Source: Azolla caroliniana
Lineage: Eukaryota; Plantae; Polypodiophyta
Length of the DNA: 64,000 bases
Direction of reading: 5' to 3'
NCBI GenBank assembly: GCA_043228905.1
Contig: JBHGNT010000003.1
Coordinates: forward strand, 21,762,001-21,826,000
Positions 10,941-23,647 of the stretch are shown in pieces; positions within the stretch are counted from its first letter, which is position 1, and each line of letters starts with the position of its first letter. The translations under genes and the position numbers were made by a program. The notes under the pieces were generated by a model. That model was given only the letters and a program-made list of their open reading frames with translations. It did no database searches and was not told the origin of the DNA.

Positions 10941-12353
10941 CTACTGTAAAATTATGCGAGAACTTAAAGACAATAATTGTCAAAATCATTCAATTTTTGT
11001 GGATTACACCAATCAAATACTAAATATAATGTGGTAAGGATGGAGGAGGAGCAAATGTATAAGGAATCACATATCATTGCTAGAAAATGTCACGAATATT
11101 GTACTAACATGTTTGGCTCTGGTCAAAACTGATGGTGGTGGTAAACACATGTAAACTTCATTTATCACCGTGGGTAGGAATATTGATGAAGATATTAGGG
11201 AGGATGAGGTATAGGTGGGTGGTCCCACACTTTCATGGCATTATCAAATTTGGTCATGCTTTGATAAAGCCATGAAAGTGTGAACTTGTTTCTTTTGATT
11301 TAGTTTTGAAAATTAATGTAGAAAAATTGGTGCTATCATTTGTTTAGAGAGGAACATATAGAATCTAGGCTTGGCAAAAAATGGCGACTTTCTTTATAGA
11401 AAAAGTCGGGGTTAAATGCGGGCGAACAAGTATACTAGCCAATTGGTGGAATATTATAGTGAACCCTACCAACAAGTGAGAACTGGGGTTCAATGATAGT
11501 AAATCATTTGTTGACATCAAGGCGTAAGTTGTTGTAAGATGTACCATGTTGTCCACCTCCGCACATATAATATGAAAATTCTTCGAAAAGGGAGTTCCCA
11601 TGAACTTCAAGAGCATTGGATTGGTAGGATAATCCTTCCTCCCCTATTGAATCTCATTGAATGGGAAGCGTTGGATTGATTACAATGGTGATATGTTGTC
11701 CACAAAGATAACTGCTTTAGGACAATTAGGTCAAGTTTCGGGATTCCTTGAAGTTGTAAAGAAGTGTGATTGGACCAATACTCCACCCACTACAAAAGTG
11801 TAGAACTTTACATCATAGTGGAGGTGGAAATTCCAACAAATAGGAGTTTACATAAAGTTAAACAAATGAGCTACATAATACATATATCTAAATTAGCATG
11901 GATGTTAGGGAGGGTTACTCGAGAATGCAAATTTAGCAAAATCATCATGTGGTGAAATGAGTAGTAGCGTTAGGATGGAGATATTGACTTCCATGTCATG
12001 CTACAAATTTTATTTGCATAGTGTGGGTGGGACGGCTAGTTGTATGTGTTGCAACTTGCATTAGAGATGAGAAACATTGTTGGTAGGACATGTTTCTTTT
12101 GTATAGTAGTTTTGAAACATATTGCACACAAGTTTATGCCTTGTCCCTTGTCCCTTGTCCAAATCAATTTTGGAAGCATCCTTGAAAAGGAGGTAAAAAA
12201 TTGCCTTCCAATGGGTGTTCCCACAACTAGAGTTATTAGTGACTTTACTACACTAATTTGTGGTTTAGTTCTTGAGGCAAAGGGGTTCTAATCCTTGAAG
12301 TCCCTTGTATTAATAATACATATAATCAAAACACACACACACATACACACACA

Positions 12354-12384
<31 letters not shown>

Positions 12385-12446
12385 CAAGCGGTTGTAAACA
12401 AAGAGAGAGGATAGACTTGCATTGGCGATCCAATAATATCTTGCTA

Positions 12447-12568
12447 GCCTAAAAATTGTAACAATCTTTTTAAATCATTTGTAAAAGAAGAAGAAAAAAC
12501 TTTGCCTGCCTAAAAACTGTAACAATCTTTTTAAATCATTTGAAAAAGAAGAAGAAAAAACATTGCCT
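12447..12568. repeat. 61-bp direct tandem duplication
   Basis: GCCTAAAAA(T/C)TGTAACAATCTTTTTAAATCATTTG...GAAGAAGAAAAAA starts at 12447 and 12508. Confidence 0.9.
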
Positions 12569-13857
12569 TCTCATTAGTTCCTGCCCCTAGAAATTTTCAT
12601 ATTGTGCTTCATTTTTGTATAACTTTATCTTTGTTATCTTTTGTAAAATGAAGGGTGCTTCTAAAATAAACTTGTGAAAGTCAAGGGCACATTTTATACG
12701 TGAACTTAAAGCAAAGAACATTTGAAGTTGAAAAATATCCTAAAATTAATATGAAGGGCAAATGAGACCATTTATTTACCCTCTCTTCCAAGTACATATT
12801 CTAGGTATATAGTTTAGTTTCTTCCACATGTATTGACAAGCAATGATGGGTAAATGAATGTATTAGTTCATTTAATGCAATACTAATTCAAAATATACCC
12901 CCACTCTATGAGCAATATTAGAGTTGACTAGTAGAGGTTATATAATTCAAAACTTAAGCACGATGCTCGTAGTATGATTCGGCTAGACAAATCATGTTCT
13001 TGCAGTTATACAATACATAACTTAACCAGGATGCTCGTGTGTGTTGTAGGACTAGATAGATTACATACTTTGGTAAACTAATATGCAACTTCCAAAGGAT
13101 GACACTAGTAACATCACATGGCTAGACAATTTTACTTGCTTGGGCCATAGAGAAACTCCATTTCGGCTACTAGTAGAACCCCTCCAAGATGGACTACATG
13201 TAAATATTATGTGCAATGAGCACTTTGTTTATTGTAACTTCTAAAATGTAAATAAAATTGCAAATTGTATTTGCAATTTATCTAGCAGTATGCCACTACA
13301 TGCATCGTGCTTAAGGTAGATATTGGTTAGCTACAAGATCATCGAATTAGCCACATGATGCAAAATCGAGTATGTCATGGGTTCAAGCTCATGTATGGTG
13401 ACCATAGTGAATATTTAGGACTACATATAATGTCCCATGGGCAGGCACCTGGACACTTGGTGTCGACAAATGAATCACGTGGCATTAATTTACCTCGATT
13501 CGACACAAGCAAACAATGTCGCATGAACTTATACTCAATCGTATTGGAGGTCTGTCTCTGATCATTAACTCGACGTATTATGTGATCAAAGCAAACGAGT
13601 ACATTGAGAATCTTCATGATTCATTATCTCGCGAAGTACATGGCATGATGGGTAGTACACGTTTGACTTAGAAAAAGGTTCGTACACATTTGGGTTATTT
13701 CAAGTATGTACGTGAAGAGGATAAGAAGGTACAAAAGCTTATTCAATAGTACTGAATGTGGAACGATAGTCAAAAGTATAAATAGAGTGAATTCAGTGTG
13801 AGCATACATCAAACAGCCTCCCCCCCCCCACCCACCCACCCACCCACCCAACAAATC

Positions 13858-15395
13858 ATGCTTAACGGCATCCCGGCCTTGTCGACCGAGATCGGCCGCC
13901 CCAAGCAGGACTTGGAGGTGATCAAGCAGGAAATAGGTTGGGCGCGCTTGGCAAAGTTCACGGCGCAAGCCATGATCACGGCCTCGTGCGTCTTTTGGGC
14001 TGCGTATTGTCTCGTCTCACCCGACCCCGCGGCCCACAACAAGTATAATTCCGACGGCTATGAAGGTAACCTTCAGGAAGCCTAATTACTTACTAAATAG
14101 TCGAGCTTGCAAAATCGAAGGTTTTGAATGCCCGACCACCGTAATTAGTAAAAAAAAAAAGAAGCTTAGGATTAATCAAATGGTTTCAAAGCATTTGTCC
14201 ATAGTGTGTTTGGAAATCTATAGCTCCAGCAGTACTGATTGTATTTTTATTCCCCTTCCATCATCCCCTCTTGCCGGTCCGGGGTATGTGTAATCAATGA
14301 TGCACGTTCGGCATTCATATACCAAGCCATGCCATTCATGGTGGTGGCCATACTGGGGTTCACGGTGATAGAGCTAAGGGCAGTGATAAAAAGGAAAGAG
14401 GTGGAGATAGGTTCATTAATGTCGGCTAATTCAGCGGGAAATACCGCGGGATATGAATCACGAAATGTTCGACATTTCTACATTTACGGCATCACATCCA
14501 GGGTCACAGACCTTGGTATTCCGACCACTTGTTGGTAATGGGGGAGATGTTCAAGGAGCAATTTCAAGTATAGGCATAACTGGGAGTACCTTTTGGGTAG
14601 CATGCACCACCATTGCATCTATTCTAGGTTATGTAGTTCTTTCGGGCCTAGCCAACACCCTTATTATCAAATCTTCTACTGAACCTGGTTTCCCTAACTA
14701 CAACCGTGCACATATAGTGGTAGCTTGCGTGTGTTTAGGAGTTGTAGTATTTGGTGGACTTGTCGTTTTCATGTGGTCTCAAAAACTTAAACAACAAAGG
14801 AGAGATACATCCTCGGTACAACCAAGAAACCAAAGTACAATTAATTCTCCATCCAATAGTAATGATGAATTCATTGTAGATGATGAAACATGTGTTGGAT
14901 TGGATGTCAAGGCATCTCCATGGATCGGTGATGTGCACCTTTATCGTCGTCCAAAGTGGAGAGGTATAGGCCAAACAAATTGCATCCAATGCTTTAAAAT
15001 ATGTTAATTTCTCTTTTAGTCCATGATTGTTAGCTTGATGGGATCCTTGTCATGGTTTCCACCGATATGTCCTACATATCTGAATTGGTTTCCCTCTAAA
15101 ACACACAGTTACACACCTAATGAAAATTTTACAAACATTTTCTATTAATATTGAAATTATACCAAATTAGGTTTGAGAAGTACTTACCTTCTATTTCATA
15201 ATACAATGTTTAGATATTTTTGATGAGCTTGCCAAACAAAACCATGGCGAGTGTGTTGGTGTTCTTGTGTCTGGATCCAAGAGCATGCAAGCAGACATTG
15301 CAAAACAATGCAAGAGAAAATCTTCATTTCATCTGAAATCTTCAGAACCTACAAGCATGATGTTTCATTATCACTCTGTAAGCTTCAACCTTTAG
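13858..15395 (+). pseudogene. FRO pseudogene (older paralog) with a large internal deletion
   Basis: Exon-1 homolog 13858-14065 lacks about 13 codons. The intron-1 acceptor reads TGCAC| instead of AG (14305). The exon-2 homolog (14306-~14448) is fused out of frame to mid exon 6 (~14449-14963); exon 7 (15214-15395) is intact. Heme, FAD and GPYG/GGIG motifs are all lost. Confidence 0.88.
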
Positions 15396-16164
15396 TTACC
15401 AACATTCTTGGGGTTAATGCTTATGATCCCATGATATTAATGTGAGCTTATCTATAGTTGCTCACCTATTTCTTAGAAATGTTGCACTTGATGTTGTAAA
15501 TAATAAGCAAAAATCGAGATACGTCATATATGTTTAGCATACAAGGTTTGTGAAATGTATTGTCGAGTTGTGAAAATAGTCACAAATTGTGTAATCAAAT
15601 GTATTATGATCCTTATCATTTTGTTTTTTGTGAATATAGTCATATAATATACAATTTACTACAAAAATGTATTTACTCATTATAACAGGTATCTAGCTCT
15701 TTCATCCTTAATTTGAAGGCAAAACATGTCATCCATTCTTAGGCTACTAGCATACATGCTAAATTCTTAAGAAAATGGAAAATCTCAAACTTCTTCCTAA
15801 TGTAATGAATTGAGTTTACCTGAAACGACTACCTTAAATAGTTGCATTCCAAGGCCTCAATATAGGCTAGTTGAGGGATTGGGGACATCACTCCCCAATG
15901 TCAAACTAGACTACACCATACATAAACACAAAAGCACATGTTTAGAACTACACTCCGTGCAATTATGGAAGGCTTAAAGGCTTCTTAACACACACCTAGT
16001 CAACACATAATTAAAGAAATATGTTAGTCTCACTTAAATAGATAATTATAGTATAAGAACATTCAAGTCATCTTAGTTAATTGATAAATAAAAAACGTGC
16101 ATATATATCTTGATCTTGATTAAGTACAATAACTGTGGAAAGGCTACACAGAGGAAAGAAACTC

Positions 16165-17410
16165 TTAGAGTATGCAAATTAAACGGTTCCAATATAATTA
16201 AACGGTTTTGTTTGGTTCAATTATTATTAAACAAATTGGTTCTAAAACTCAGTTTATTGGTTTATAGGTATTAATGAAAAGATATCCAAAGGCTACAAAC
16301 AATCCATACAATAAAACATAACCCTCCTATCCCACTTCAATGAACATGTCTAGTAGCAGAAGCCTTCATGTAGTGTTGTTCCACGACAGGGAGAGTCATC
16401 TTGGTGGAGCATATCTCCACTTTATTCTCTCCCCAAAAAAGGTGAAGACCTGTGCCTTTTTCCAAATGTTGTTGCTTACGAAACACGACATCAGGTTCAC
16501 TAGGTATTGCCTCATATTGACCTCTTAGAGTATGCAAGAGCATCAATCATAACTCGAAAATGTTGTTGCTTAAGTGGTTTGGTTTAATGGTAAACTTTTG
16601 TTTTTATTTCCTTAATGGTTTAATTACGGTTTTTTATTGATTTAATTAATTAAACTTAAATGCTTATTTAATTTTATATATTTTTATTTATTTAATTTTT
16701 AATTAATTTGACTTGAATAGTTAGGTTTAAATTTGCGATTAAATGGCTTGGTTTGGTTTCAACGTTTCCCTAACCTACTGGGTTTAGCTTTTCCTTAAAT
16801 GGTTTGGTTTAAGTGGTTGGGAGTTCATAAACAGTTTGGTTTGGTTTTTGTTTTCTATAAAGGGTTTGGTGTGATTTAAAGACAAAGAACTGAACCAAAC
16901 CGAAATAGAACGTTCTCTTAGTTTCCACATTTTCTCACCTTCTTTATTGTATTATGTTGGTCCCTATCTTGCCTCATATCACTCCCATAATCTCATTATC
17001 TCCCCCCCCACCGAACCAAACCGAACCGAACCGAACTGTGAATCCGTAAAAACCGCGGTTTCGTGGTAAGGTTTCGGTTTTCAAAATAGGTCAAATTTTT
17101 AATTTTTTTAAATTTATAATATTTCATTATTTAGAATTTTTAAAATTTTTAAGATGTTCCTAAAATGTGAGAATAAGGTGTAAAAATGAAAAGATTGTTA
17201 AAAAACAATTTCAAATTTTTTTTTAGAATTTTTTTAGAATTTTAAAAAATAAAAAATAGAAACGGTTTAAACCGCGATTTTTTACTGTTGAAACCGAACC
17301 GAAACCGAACCGAACCATTAAAAAAACCTAAACCTGAACCGAAACAAACCGTAGAAACTGTTAATCCACGGTTTCGCGGTTCGGTTCGGTTCAAACCGAA
17401 CCGTTGCCGA
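16165..17410. mobile_element. AACCG/CGGTT-rich MITE-like remnants
   Basis: Dense AAACCGAACCG and CGGTTCGGTT arrays at 17011-17080 and 17260-17405 around an AT-rich core; older GGTTTGGTTT tracts at 16180-16900. TIRs and TSD were not resolved. Confidence 0.45.
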
Positions 17411-17481
17411 TTGTTAAGTACACTTGGGAGTGTACACATATTAGGTTGGAGGGTTGTGAAGTATCTCTCAAATATGTTACT

Positions 17482-18960
17482 TGTTATGAGCATAATTGTA
17501 ACTATAGTTCTCAAACTGTAGGGTTAGGTTTGGTGGGAGATAACTTTGAAGTATTTCATCACTTGACCACTTATAATAAAGTAGTCACGTGTGAAATAGA
17601 CAATGTTCAGTGTTGGGGGGTGGGGGGGTTGAGTATATATTAGAGGGATAGCTACCTTGATGAAAGGGATCATCTATTTTGATAGAGACTCGATCAATGT
17701 GGCAAAGCTCTAGGTTCATGCACATGCGCCTCGTTCTTCTTCAAACCTAAGGTATGATGCATGTTCCAACTTTGTGGTGTCGGACACCAATGGTGGACCT
17801 AGATCCGCCTTTTAATTTCACTAGAGGGGTTGTTCTAACACTTGTTCTTCCATCTTCTCTCTTTAATTTTGTTTAACATTAATTTGGATTATTATAGTTG
17901 GTATTAAAGTGCATCATTAACATTTTCTTGTTTGTGCTTGTGTTTTTCAAAATTTTCTTGATCTTACAGCAACTATCGGAGTATGTTTATCAATCTAGGA
18001 ATAAGCAAAATGTGAATTACGGTATTTTCCGTTTCTCTCTTCTCTTGTTTTTTATCAATCAGGTTAAGATTTTTTTCTTCCTCTTACTAAACATATGATG
18101 TTCGCCCTTCATGTAAAAATTCTCTATGAGTAAGTGTGCTAAATTAACCGCATGCTTTTGTGGACCTTTCGTAATCCTCAATCATATTGGTTCATCAAAC
18201 TTCTATCGTGACTAACTCACACAAGGTTCATCTTGTCTTTTATGTTAGTCGTCTCAAAGAGTTCCTGTGTTTGGAATGTAACTCATTTTAAATTAAACTT
18301 TGGTTACTTTCGAGAAAATGATGTCCAAACCTAATAGGCAAGAAGGAATTCTCGATTCCAACTAAATGCTTATAATCGAAGCATATTCAACAGTTGAAAT
18401 TTAATTAAATGGATGGATTGTTCAATCAATGATGCTCGTAAAACCAGTTTCCTGACTTTTCATTATGAGACACAAATTTTTAGGAAGGTGCAGTACGTAC
18501 AAGTATAACCACAAACCTAGTTCTTCGACCTTAGGACAAAGTGTGAGCTGAATTATAAGGAACAAAGTGTAACAATTTTGTTATTCTCAGTCCTATGGTG
18601 GGAGATAACTAAAGAGTGTTCCATCATTAGATCCTTTATAATAAAGTAGTCAAGTTCCAAACAAACAAGGGCCTAGGGTTTGAGCCAATATAAGAGCTCT
18701 AGCTACCAACTTCATGAAAGGGATCATCGTTTTTAATTTTGATGGAGACTCTTGCAATATGATAAGGCTAGCTTCATACACATGTGCCTCCTTCTTCTTC
18801 AAACCCAATGCACGATCCATGTCTAAGCCTCGTGGTATGGGACACCCATGGGGGAATCAGATCCATCTCTCATTTGTCACGGACACACCGTGACATCATC
18901 TTTGGTAAGGGGTGTTTTGATGGTCTAGAACCCTTTTTCCTTTCTTTTTCTAATGAAAAA
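17482..18960 (+). mobile_element. Non-autonomous LTR derivative: LTR (~17482-18093), ~400-bp internal remnant, partial second LTR
   Basis: Starts TGTTATGAGCATAATTG, which matches the post-PPT sequence at about 10752, and ends ...ACTAAACA. Internal KVHLVFYVSRLKE at about 18223; the LTR block repeats from about 18495. Confidence 0.55.
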
Positions 18961-21319
18961 ATAAATTCTTACACCACCTCTTATGTCATGGTTTAGAGAT
19001 GCATCAAATATCACTTGGATTAGGGTATAAACGTGTTACGTAATATCCATGAACCTTGAGGTGGTTCCCATGCGAGTAAGAAATAGTTTTTGACCAGACT
19101 AAAGGGGATGCTACAATTAGTTGCAAATGCTAAACATTTCTACGAATCAAGAAGTTCATTAAGAACCAAAGAGCAATAATTCCCTCATTAAGCGTAATGC
19201 ACATGTGAAGCAATTGATCAAAACATCCTTAAGCAATTAAGCTTCTTTATAAGTGAAGACTTGCATGGCTTACTTAAGCAAAAGCAAATTATCATTACAT
19301 GTTTTAGAAGAATATAAAGTTTTAGCGAATAAAACCACATGCTTATTGGTTCTCAATAACCAACTACTCAATAGTTTCATTTTTATGTTAATTTATAACA
19401 AACATGGGCACGTGTAGATGTTTCACAAAACATGTCAATCTTTCATTTTACATTAGTTTGTGTCATTCAAACACATCATCATGGAGAAGTTTGCCTCCAT
19501 TTAATAATCAAGCAAGTGTTAAAACTACGTCTAATGCCACTTGTTAGAAATGTTTGGATGTTATGTCGCATGATAGGAAGCAAAGCTAATAGTATGATGT
19601 CTAATGAAGTAGACCAAATTTTACCAATAAATCCAGAAAACAGAATATTATACCACCAAAATCGCATTGCACACAGGGAGCGACGAACATGGTGATGTGA
19701 AGGCATCAATGTTTGGTGATGGTAAGCCAATGATGGTACAAGAATGTTAAGTTTCTTAGGATTGAACTCTCCTCACCCTCTAATTGTGTGTGTATATTAT
19801 GTGCCATTGTTCACACAACAAAAGACGAAAATAAACATGTAGGTGTCCATAGCCCATTCACAGATGTAGGAAATGTTAACAATATATTATATCATCAACA
19901 ATTGAATTATTTATCCTCCCATTCAAGGAATCTATCAAAACCTTATAAGTTTTCTAGTTCACCTTGAAATGGTGATCAATCTCTTATTCTTTTCATAATG
20001 AATCTTTTTTTTGCCAAAAAAAGATACTACATTAGTATTAGAAAACGCCCTTAAGACTATACATACAAGATACACCATAGATCCCCTTTTTTCTAAATAC
20101 TAACCATCGGCTTAAATAAATACTTTGGTGAAGAGTAAAACCACTCCACCTTATTAGAAATGCAAGTTGGGCTTATAAAAGCAACTTTGTGATTTGTCAT
20201 AGTTGGCGCTTGTAGACACAGACAATATTTCTTGGATCCCCAAGAAGACGAAAAAACCCCATTGAAATGTTGAAATTGGTTCAAGTTAAAAACACAAGCC
20301 CATGTAAGCATTGTAAGTGCATGTCAGTAGGATAAATTGTACAAACTTGTTCGTCTAGAATCAATGTCCAATTACTCACACATCTCAAATTTACTAGACA
20401 CTTGTGGGATATCTATGTACTGGATATTTCCATGTTGAATAAATGCCATAAATGCAATGGTTGATTTTCGATGCAAATTTGTAGGATTTTTGTACTCTAA
20501 ATCATGTTGGGAGTTACAAATAGTTTATGCAATGTAATAAGAAAATATCATTTTCATAGAGGTCAAAATTCTCATATGAGATTCACTATGTTCACAAACT
20601 TTGGTTTGTACATAATACTTGGTGGTTGGAAGTATGAATTGGTATGATCATAATATGTTGTGTATGACATAGTAACTAATGTCATACAGCAAATGATAAA
20701 ACAAGATGCTTTTATGGTCTAGCTTCTTCACATTTCCATTAAGCATGAAGCAAGGATTTAGCCTTTCAAATTGATAATATATGAGCCTTTTTATAAGATT
20801 CATGCAACACCATTGTTTCCACTCCTTATGCTGAAACACGAAACACAACTAACAAATACAATAGAAATGGATTGAAGTCACATTGTATTTAATGTTGCAA
20901 AGCACAAGGTTTATTGCTATGGTAAATTTTTAGAAAAAAAACGATTTATTGCTATATATTTATCATATGCTTTACAATACAATATGCCCAACCTTATTAT
21001 CTACAAGTAATGATTTGTTGGGACTTTTAAAAGTTTATTATTTTGAATATAAAGAGTATATTGCTTTCCTTTGTGCTACAAAATCATAAAAGAACAATTT
21101 GGATCATCTTCGACAATAGCTAAATATCCTTGTAACTATATTCAAGACCATTGACATATTAAGTATCTAAACATATAATTCTCGAGATATTCATAGCATC
21201 ATCAATTTAGGTTTATTGTAGTTGACAAATGCCTTCCAAGTATTTGAAAACTTGCATATAATATTATTGTTCCTTGGTTTTCAAATCTTTGTCCACATTT
21301 AATAAAGACAATTAACGCT

Positions 21320-22140
21320 TGGCAAATGCATGCATTAGTTCATGTGATGCAATACTAATCCAAAATCCAATGTGCAATAATACATTTGAGTAGTACTCAT
21401 GTGAATACAAGTATCATTTTAATGCAATTTAGAATAGTGTCTTTCGAAGGTCTCATTGCACGTAATATTTACATAAAGTCAACCATAAAAGGCATTGTAC
21501 TAGCAATTAGAGGAGTTTTCATGCGGCCCAGGTAAATTCAATCAACCAAATGATGTTGCCACAGGTATCATCGAATATTAATTACAAATAACCATGTGCA
21601 AATGCATTTATCAATTCATCATGTGATGCAATGCTAATCCAAAATGCATACCCATTTGTATCCTCAATATTAGAATTTTATAGTCATGTGAATCCAAAGT
21701 TTCATTTTAATGCAATTTTCTATAGTAAATGATGCTTTCATTGCCTCTCGAAATGTTTACATAGAGTCAACCACAGAGAAGTCCTAGCTGTCGAAGAGGA
21801 GTTTTTGGTCTGGCCCAGGTAAATTCATCCAGCCACATGATAGTAACTCAAGCATCATTAATAATGACAAGTAACAATCGGCAAATACATGCATTTGTTC
21901 ATGCGATGCAACACTGTTCCAAAATACATCCTCATTGTGTGTACAATATTAGAATTGAGCAGTAGTCATACAAATACAATGTGTCAATTTAATGCAAATT
22001 TGAATAGTAAACAAAGCTCTCATTGCATGTAATATTTTCATAAAGTCAACCACACATGAATTGTACTAGCAATCGAAGAGGAGTTTTCGTATGACACAAG
22101 GAAATTCATCTAGCCATATGACGTGGCAAGCATCATGCTC
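21320..22140 (+). repeat. About three diverged ~280-bp tandem units upstream of FRO-B
   Basis: Unit starts GCAAATGCATGC...TCATGTGATGCAA at about 21321, 21598 and 21880; unit ends CAGGTAAATTCA at about 21529, 21816 and 22097. A related single unit lies at about 12848, upstream of the pseudogene. Confidence 0.75.
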
Positions 22141-23612
22141 TGCAAGTTGCATATTAATGGATAATCACAAGATTAAAATAATGCCTCTAGAGTCGTATGA
22201 TACTCCGAGCATCATGCATCATGATTCGCCTGGCCATATGCAACTGCAAGCATCGTGCTTACGTTGGATGGTGAATGCCCACAAGAATGTCCGTCTAGCC
22301 GCATGACATGTTGTGCTCAAGTTCATGTATATTGGCGATCCATCAAGATGTGGGATTATGTGTGTTGGGCCCATGGGTATGAAATGCTCGGTCCCGATTC
22401 AAGGTGTAGGATGTTCTAGTGCATATTATATGGCCACTGATATGTGGGGCATGACCCTCGATAATTTAGTTTAATGCAGGTGCCACATTTTAACTTCAAT
22501 TCGATGGATACCATCCCATGAAGTTACTCATAGCGATCAAAGACTAGTACATGATCATCACGTGATGAAAGACTAGTACATTCGAGAATCTTAATGTTTT
22601 GTCACTCTATGTAGTACACTGGAGTACACTCTTGTGGTAGTACAAGTTGACTTTAAAAAGTGGGAGTACAACAATGGTTGTTGTCAAGAATGTCAACGCC
22701 AACTACATAATACATAAAGCTAAGGGCTGGATTCATGTGGACATGCATGGTAGCTGAAGGTTGATGGCCTTTTAAAATCATATCATTTAAAAGCTTGAGT
22801 AGCAACTAATCGAGGGAGCTTAAATCAGATGGGCAAAGCGGCAATTGCGACAGAGATGGGAAGACCCCATGGAGACACGGCGCGGATCGAGCAGGAGATA
22901 CGTATGGCACGCGTGGCGAAGTTGGCCGTGCAAGTTGTGATCGTGGCCGCGTGCTTCTTCTGGGTCCTGTATTGGTTCATATCGCCTGACCCCGCGAGCG
23001 ACCAGAAGTATGTCGAGACGTGGGTCGGCGATCGATCCCAGTCTCGCTTCTTCCGTACCGACGGCCGTGAAGGTAAAAAAAAGCCATGAAATTAAGCTTG
23101 TAATATATGCAGGTTTTTGGCCATGAATCAAAATGGATAAAAAAAACCAAAACAGTTGTACAAGGAAATTTAGAGCTAGGGGTACCCATCGTGTTTTATT
23201 GATCGGTATGTTGTTGCACACAGGTTTGACATTCACATTCCAAGCGTTGCCATTCGTGGTGGTGGCCGTGTTGAGCTTCGCGGTGATAGGCCTACGCGAA
23301 TTCATAAAGAGGAAGGAGGTGGAGCTATGGTCTTCATTGTCAGCCGAGGGTAAGTCGGCATTGGCTCCATCATCGCCGTACTTGCGGGAGTGGCAATGGA
23401 GCACCTATCCATTGTGGATCGACGGGCGCGTGTTCGGCATCCTCACGGCCGCAGAAGTGGTCGGCATCCTCGGGATCCTCTTCTTGATCTCATACAATTT
23501 CGGAAGGACCGTGCACCTCTCGTTCGGCCGAATCGATGACGGGACTGCGACGCAACACCATCACCATGGATCCTCACTACCATCCAAGTAATCATACAAA
23601 TCCATCACTCAC

Positions 23613-23647
<35 letters not shown>

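Noticed and set aside
11000-12300. Possible decayed retroelement coding sequence (also 19000-20600, 27700-28560, 40500-41600, 47950-48350)
   Set aside because: I could not read any diagnostic motif with confidence; a translated search against TE protein libraries would be needed.
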